A stretch of DNA of 64,000 nt. Source: Anaeramoeba ignava BMAN (taxonomy: Eukaryota; Protista; Anaeramoebae). A program made the translations under genes and the position numbers. The notes beneath the pieces are model-generated. The model did no database searches, was not told the origin of the DNA, and worked only from the letters and a program-made list of their open reading frames with translations. Positions 61,601 through 64,000 of this stretch are shown here, in pieces (within the stretch, counting starts at the first letter, position 1; each line of letters starts with the position of its first letter). The DNA lies in assembly GCA_028826165.1 (NCBI GenBank), contig JAPDFW010000066.1:434001-498000 (forward strand). Direction: 5' to 3'.

Positions 61601-63073
61601 ATCTGATATTGAACAATTTAAATTATTAACTTGTCCAAATATTAATGTATTAACTGTTGTATTTGAAACATCTCCACATATACCATTTATATCACAAGCT
61701 GAAACATAGATATAATATTCTTCATTTGAATAATTTGCTGTTATTGTTTCATTTGTTATTGTTAAATTAAGTGAACCAATATCTTCTCCATTTTGTGATT
61801 GATAACTGAAATTATAAAATGAAGGAGAAAGTGTTCCATTTGGTTCATCCCATGAGCAAATAATTGTAAATGAATCTGATATTGAACAACTTAAATTAAC
61901 TTGTCCAAATATTGTTGTATTTGAAATTGTGGAAACTTCTCCTTTAGAATCTCCTTGGCATTCAGATGTTTGACAAGCCCATATTGAAATTGAATAATTG
62001 CTCCCCGAATTTAAATTACTCAAGTTGTATGAAGTAGATGAATTGTTAATAGTAGCATCTCCCACTTCTTCTTCCATATTTAAAGAATAAGAAATAGCAT
62101 AATGATCAAGTTTTGGAACACCTTCAATGATTGGAACATTTGGATAATTCCATGAAATATCAATAGATGTTGATGATAATGTTATTGCTGATAAATTTTT
62201 TACTGAATCAATTCTAGTTGTTAAATTGACTTCATTTGTAGAATTCCCACATTGATCCTCTGCATCGCAAGCTATTATTTGAATTGTGTAATTTTCATTC
62301 CCAGAAATATTTGGATAATTCGAAGAATCAAAAATTTGATAAAGAGTATTGTCTTGTACTTCCGGATTTTGAATTATATTCCAATCTCCGTTATAATTGA
62401 TCTTATATGTGATATTGTCTTGAGAAACGTTATACCAATAACATTCAAAAGAAGAAAACAAAGTTGTACAGTTGATAATAGTAACATTATCTGGAGTTAC
62501 TTGTTCATGAAAGTTGAGGTAATTTTGAAGATTTGAAAATGGGATTTTGGATTCTATCCAATTTTTTCCGTTGAATTTAAACAAATAGACTGAATTTTGA
62601 TTTGAATTTAGATTTGAATTTTGATTTGAATTTTGATTTGAATTTAGATTTGAATTTTGATTTGAATTTTGATTTGAATTTATCCCCTTTGTTTGAACTA
62701 GCAAAATATCATCTTCTAAAATTGAACAACTTGAGCCAAAATAACCATTTGCAATTCCATCACTTGCAATAAGTGTTGCTTCTTTATTCCAATTTGATCC
62801 TTCCTTTCGATAAACATAAACTTTTCCTTGGTTTTTATTGTTTCCAATTGAAGCTTCAGGAAATCCTATAAGAATTAAATTTTTTGAAACACTAATTTCC
62901 TTGCCACATTTTTCTTGATAATTTTTTTGATTAAAATCTTTTGGAATGCATTCAATTTTGTGGAAATTTGTTTTTGCTTTCTGTTTTTCTGTGATTTGGT
63001 AAGTTTTGCTATTGAAAATTGTTATTGATAAAGAAAGGAAAATTAAAATAAAAAATAGTTTGTTTTGTTTCAT
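55685..63073 (-). CDS. Giant type-I membrane protein: signal peptide, partial FG-GAP-like head, 2 divergent + 22 near-identical FN3-like repeats, TM helix, short acidic tail; intronless
   Basis: 2462-aa ORF. Hydrophobic N-terminus; GKVYVY / LIASDG....YFGSS blades; 22 units of about 91 aa (C.ISDSFTI.C.WD.P...Y...VSACD..G.CG); TM VIITISVIVPVFIISLIVVIVLL followed by KRKRKR. Confidence 0.9.
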   Translation of the reverse strand: MKQNKLFFILIFLSLSITIFNSKTYQITEKQKAKTNFHKIECIPKDFNQKNYQEKCGKEISVSKNLILIGFPEASIGNNKNQGKVYVYRKEGSNWNKEATLIASDGIANGYFGSSCSILEDDILLVQTKGINSNQNSNQNSNLNSNQNSNQNSNLNSNQNSVYLFKFNGKNWIESKIPFSNLQNYLNFHEQVTPDNVTIINCTTLFSSFECYWYNVSQDNITYKINYNGDWNIIQNPEVQDNTLYQIFDSSNYPNISGNENYTIQIIACDAEDQCGNSTNEVNLTTRIDSVKNLSAITLSSTSIDISWNYPNVPIIEGVPKLDHYAISYSLNMEEEVGDATINNSSTSYNLSNLNSGSNYSISIWACQTSECQGDSKGEVSTISNTTIFGQVNLSCSISDSFTIICSWDEPNGTLSPSFYNFSYQSQNGEDIGSLNLTITNETITANYSNEEYYIYVSACDINGICGDVSNTTVNTLIFGQVNNLNCSISDSFTIICLWDEPNGTLIPSSYNFTYQSQNGEDIGSLNLTITNETITANYSNEEYYIYVSACDINGICGDISNTTVNTLIFEQVNNLSCSISDSFTIICLWDEPNGTLSPSSYNFTYQSQNGEDIGSLNLTITNETITANYSDQEYYIYVSACDINGICGDISNKIVNTTIFGQVNNLNCSISDSFTIICSWNEPNGTLIPSFYNFTYQSQNGEDIGSFNLTITNETITANYSDQEYYIYVSACDINGICGNVSNTTINTTIFGEVNLSCSISDSFTIICLWDKPNGTLIPSFYNFTYQSQNGEDIGSLNLTITNETITANYSDQEYYIYVSACDINGICGNVSNTTVTTTIFGEVNLSCSISDSFTIICLWDEPNGTLIPSFYNFTYQSQNGEDIGSFNLTITNETITANYSNEEYYIYVSACDINGICGNVSNTTVTTTIFGQVNNLNCSISDSFTISCSWDKPNGTLIPSFYNFSYQSQNGEDNGSFNLTSTNETITANYSNEEYYIYVSACDINGICGNVSNTTVTTTIFEQVNLSCSISDSFTISCSWDKPNGTLIPSFYSFSYQSQNGEDNGSFNLTSTNETITANYSNEEYQINVSACDINGICGDISTKIVTTSIFGPVNLSCSISDSFTISCSWDKPDGTLIPSFYSFSYQSQNGEDNGSFNLTSTNETITANYSNEEYQINVSACDINNHCGDISTKIVTTTIFEKVNNLNCSISDSFTIICSWDKPNGTLIPSFYNFTYQSQNGEDNGSLNFTLPNGNTTAIYSNEEYYIYVSACDINGICGNVSNTTVTTTIFEQVNNLNCSISDSFTIICSWDEPNGTLIPSFYNFSYQSQNGEDNGSLNFTLTNGNTTANYSNEEYYIYVSACDINGICGNVSNTTITTTIFEKVNNLNCSISDSFTIICLWDKPNGTLIPSFYNFTYQSQNGEDNGSLNFTLPNGNTTANYSNEEYYIYVSACDINGICGNISNTTITTTIFEKVNHLNCPISDSFTIICSWDKPNGTLIPSFYNFTYQSQNGEDNGSFNLTSTSETITANYSNEEYQINVSACDINGICGDISTTTATTSIFGPVNNLNCSISDSFTIICSWDEPDGTLSPSFYNFTYQSQNGEDNGVFILASTITNETITANYSNEEYYIYVSACDINGICGDISTKMINTTIFEKVNNLSCSISDSFTISCSWNKPNGTLSPSFYNFSYQSQNGEDNGSFNLISTITNETITANYSNEEYQINVSACDINNKCGDVSNIIITTSIFGQVNLSCSISDSFTIICLWDKPNGTLIPSFYNFTYQSQNGEDNGSFNLISTITNETITANYSNEEYYIYVSACDINNKCGDVSNVVVNTTIFEQVNHLNCSISDSFTIICSWDKPNGTLSPSFYNFTYQSQNGEDIGSFNFTLPNGNTTAIYSNEEYYIYVSACDINGICGNVSNITINTTIFEKVNHLNCSISDSFTIICLWDKPNGTLIPSFYNFSYQSQNGEDIGSFNLAITNETITANYSNEEYYIYVSACDINGICGDVSTKMITTTIFEKVNNLSCSISDSFTISCSWDEPNGTLIPSFYNFTYQSQNGEDIGSFNLAITNETITANYSNEEYYIYVSACDINGICGDISNITINTLIFEKVNNLSCSISDSFTIICLWDKPNGTLIPSFYNFSYQSQNGEDNGSFNLAITNETITANYSNEEYYINVSACDINGICGDISNITINTLIFEKVNNLSCSISDSFTISCSWDEPNGTLIPSFYNFSYQSQNGEDNGSFNLAITNETITANHSNEEYYINVSACDINGICGDISNTTIDTLIFGPVNNLSCSVADIYEIICSWDKPNGTLSPSFYNFTYQSQNNQDLNSINLTSTNEKITANLANEEYYINVSACDMHYQCGNPAETLIWTQNEPSTSNSKTVIITISVIVPVFIISLIVVIVLLQKRKRKRNDEKELIEELLNNTDDDLLNDSDDLDESIKSDF

Positions 63074-63557
63074 TTTAAAAAATTAAGAAAAAAAATTTTT
63101 TTGTTAATTTCTTTGTTAAAAAAAAAGAAAAAAGAAAGAAAAAAAATGATTTTTAAATTAAAAAAAAAAGGAAAAAAAATTTTTTTTATTTAATTTTAAT
63201 TTTAATCCAATTTTCTTTTTTCTTTTGCTTTTTAAAGTTAATTTTGATTTTAATTTTAATTTTGATTTTAATTTTAATTTTAATTTTAATTTTAATTTTA
63301 ATTTTAATTTTAATTTTAATTTTAATTTTAATTTTAATTTTAATTTTAATTTTAATTTTAATTTTGATTTTTAATTTTGATTTTAATTTTGATTTTAATT
63401 TTAATTTTAATTTTGATTTTGATTTTAATTTTGATTTTAATTTTAATTTTAATTTTTAATTTTAATTTTAATTTTGATTTTAATTTTAATTTTAATTTTG
63501 ATTTTGATTTTGATTTTGAATTTTGATTTTGATTTTAATTTTAATTTTAATTTTAAT

Positions 63558-64000
63558 TTAAAAAATTAAACAATTTTCTTTGTTTTTCTCTTTTTTTCTT
63601 TTTTGATTTTGATTATTAAATTTATTAATTAATAAATCAAATAAATTTGGATTTGTTTGATTTAATTGAAAATAATCAATTCCTCTTTCTAACTCATCAA
63701 TTATTTCTTGTGTAATTTCAATTCCATCTTTAATTTGATTTGAATAAATCCAATATTCAAATATTTGAAATGATTTATTATTTAATTCACTATAATCTGT
63801 AACTTTATTAGATTTATCTTCTGTTACAGATAAAAACATTCCTAGATATAATTCACTTCTCATTATTAATATTAATTTAGGAAATTTATATTGTTTTTCT
63901 TTTCTTTCAATAATAAAATCTTTTTCATTTTCATTTTCATTTAAATAAATTCTTTTCATTGTTTCTTCAATTTTTTCATTTGAATTTATAATTTCTTTAA
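63558..64000 (-). CDS. 3' end of a BTB/POZ-like domain protein (5' part outside the window)
   Basis: KDFII......YKFPKLILIMRSELYLGMF...V.DYS......F.....WIY...DYFQLN resembles the C-terminal BTB of the gene at 156-3138. Confidence 0.8.
   Translation of the reverse strand, partial: KEIINSNEKIEETMKRIYLNENENEKDFIIERKEKQYKFPKLILIMRSELYLGMFLSVTEDKSNKVTDYSELNNKSFQIFEYWIYSNQIKDGIEITQEIIDELERGIDYFQLNQTNPNLFDLLINKFNNQNQKRKKEKNKENCLIF

Noticed and set aside
1-64000. tRNA, rRNA, transposase or reverse-transcriptase genes; alternative genetic code
   Set aside because: None recognisable by eye. Conserved genes end at TAA/TGA and have no in-frame stops at conserved positions. Small ncRNAs cannot be excluded without a covariance search.

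Overview
Extremely AT-rich, gene-dense, intron-rich eukaryotic nuclear DNA using the standard genetic code. No prokaryotic features are present. The gene content and style (ankyrin/BTB family expansion, a nuclear intein, microsatellite-filled introns, a TCATTT initiator-like motif) fit an anaerobic metamonad amoeba such as Anaeramoeba, but this is an inference. About 19 genes can be reconstructed: ankyrin-BTB, a divergent actin-like protein, Vps16, RNPS1, a polycystin-2/TRPP channel, two tandem repeat-protein paralogs (one with UIM-like and WH2 motifs), G-alpha, XRCC1, RPL24, two RING-ARM paralogs, CBP20, F-BAR-SH3, MCM3, a 4xPH plus NCS-like EF-hand protein, a possible PRAS40/Lobe-like protein, a 2462-aa FN3-repeat surface protein and a partial BTB gene. 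Two observations stand out. (1) The TRPP gene has an AT-AC intron with U12 (minor spliceosome) 5' splice-site and branch-point signatures at 14910-15037. (2) MCM3 has a 320-aa intein with a decayed LAGLIDADG endonuclease inserted in its Walker A motif at 43957-44916. Several genes have homopolymer frameshifts or corrupted exon copies that look like assembly errors. Exon coordinates were read by hand.
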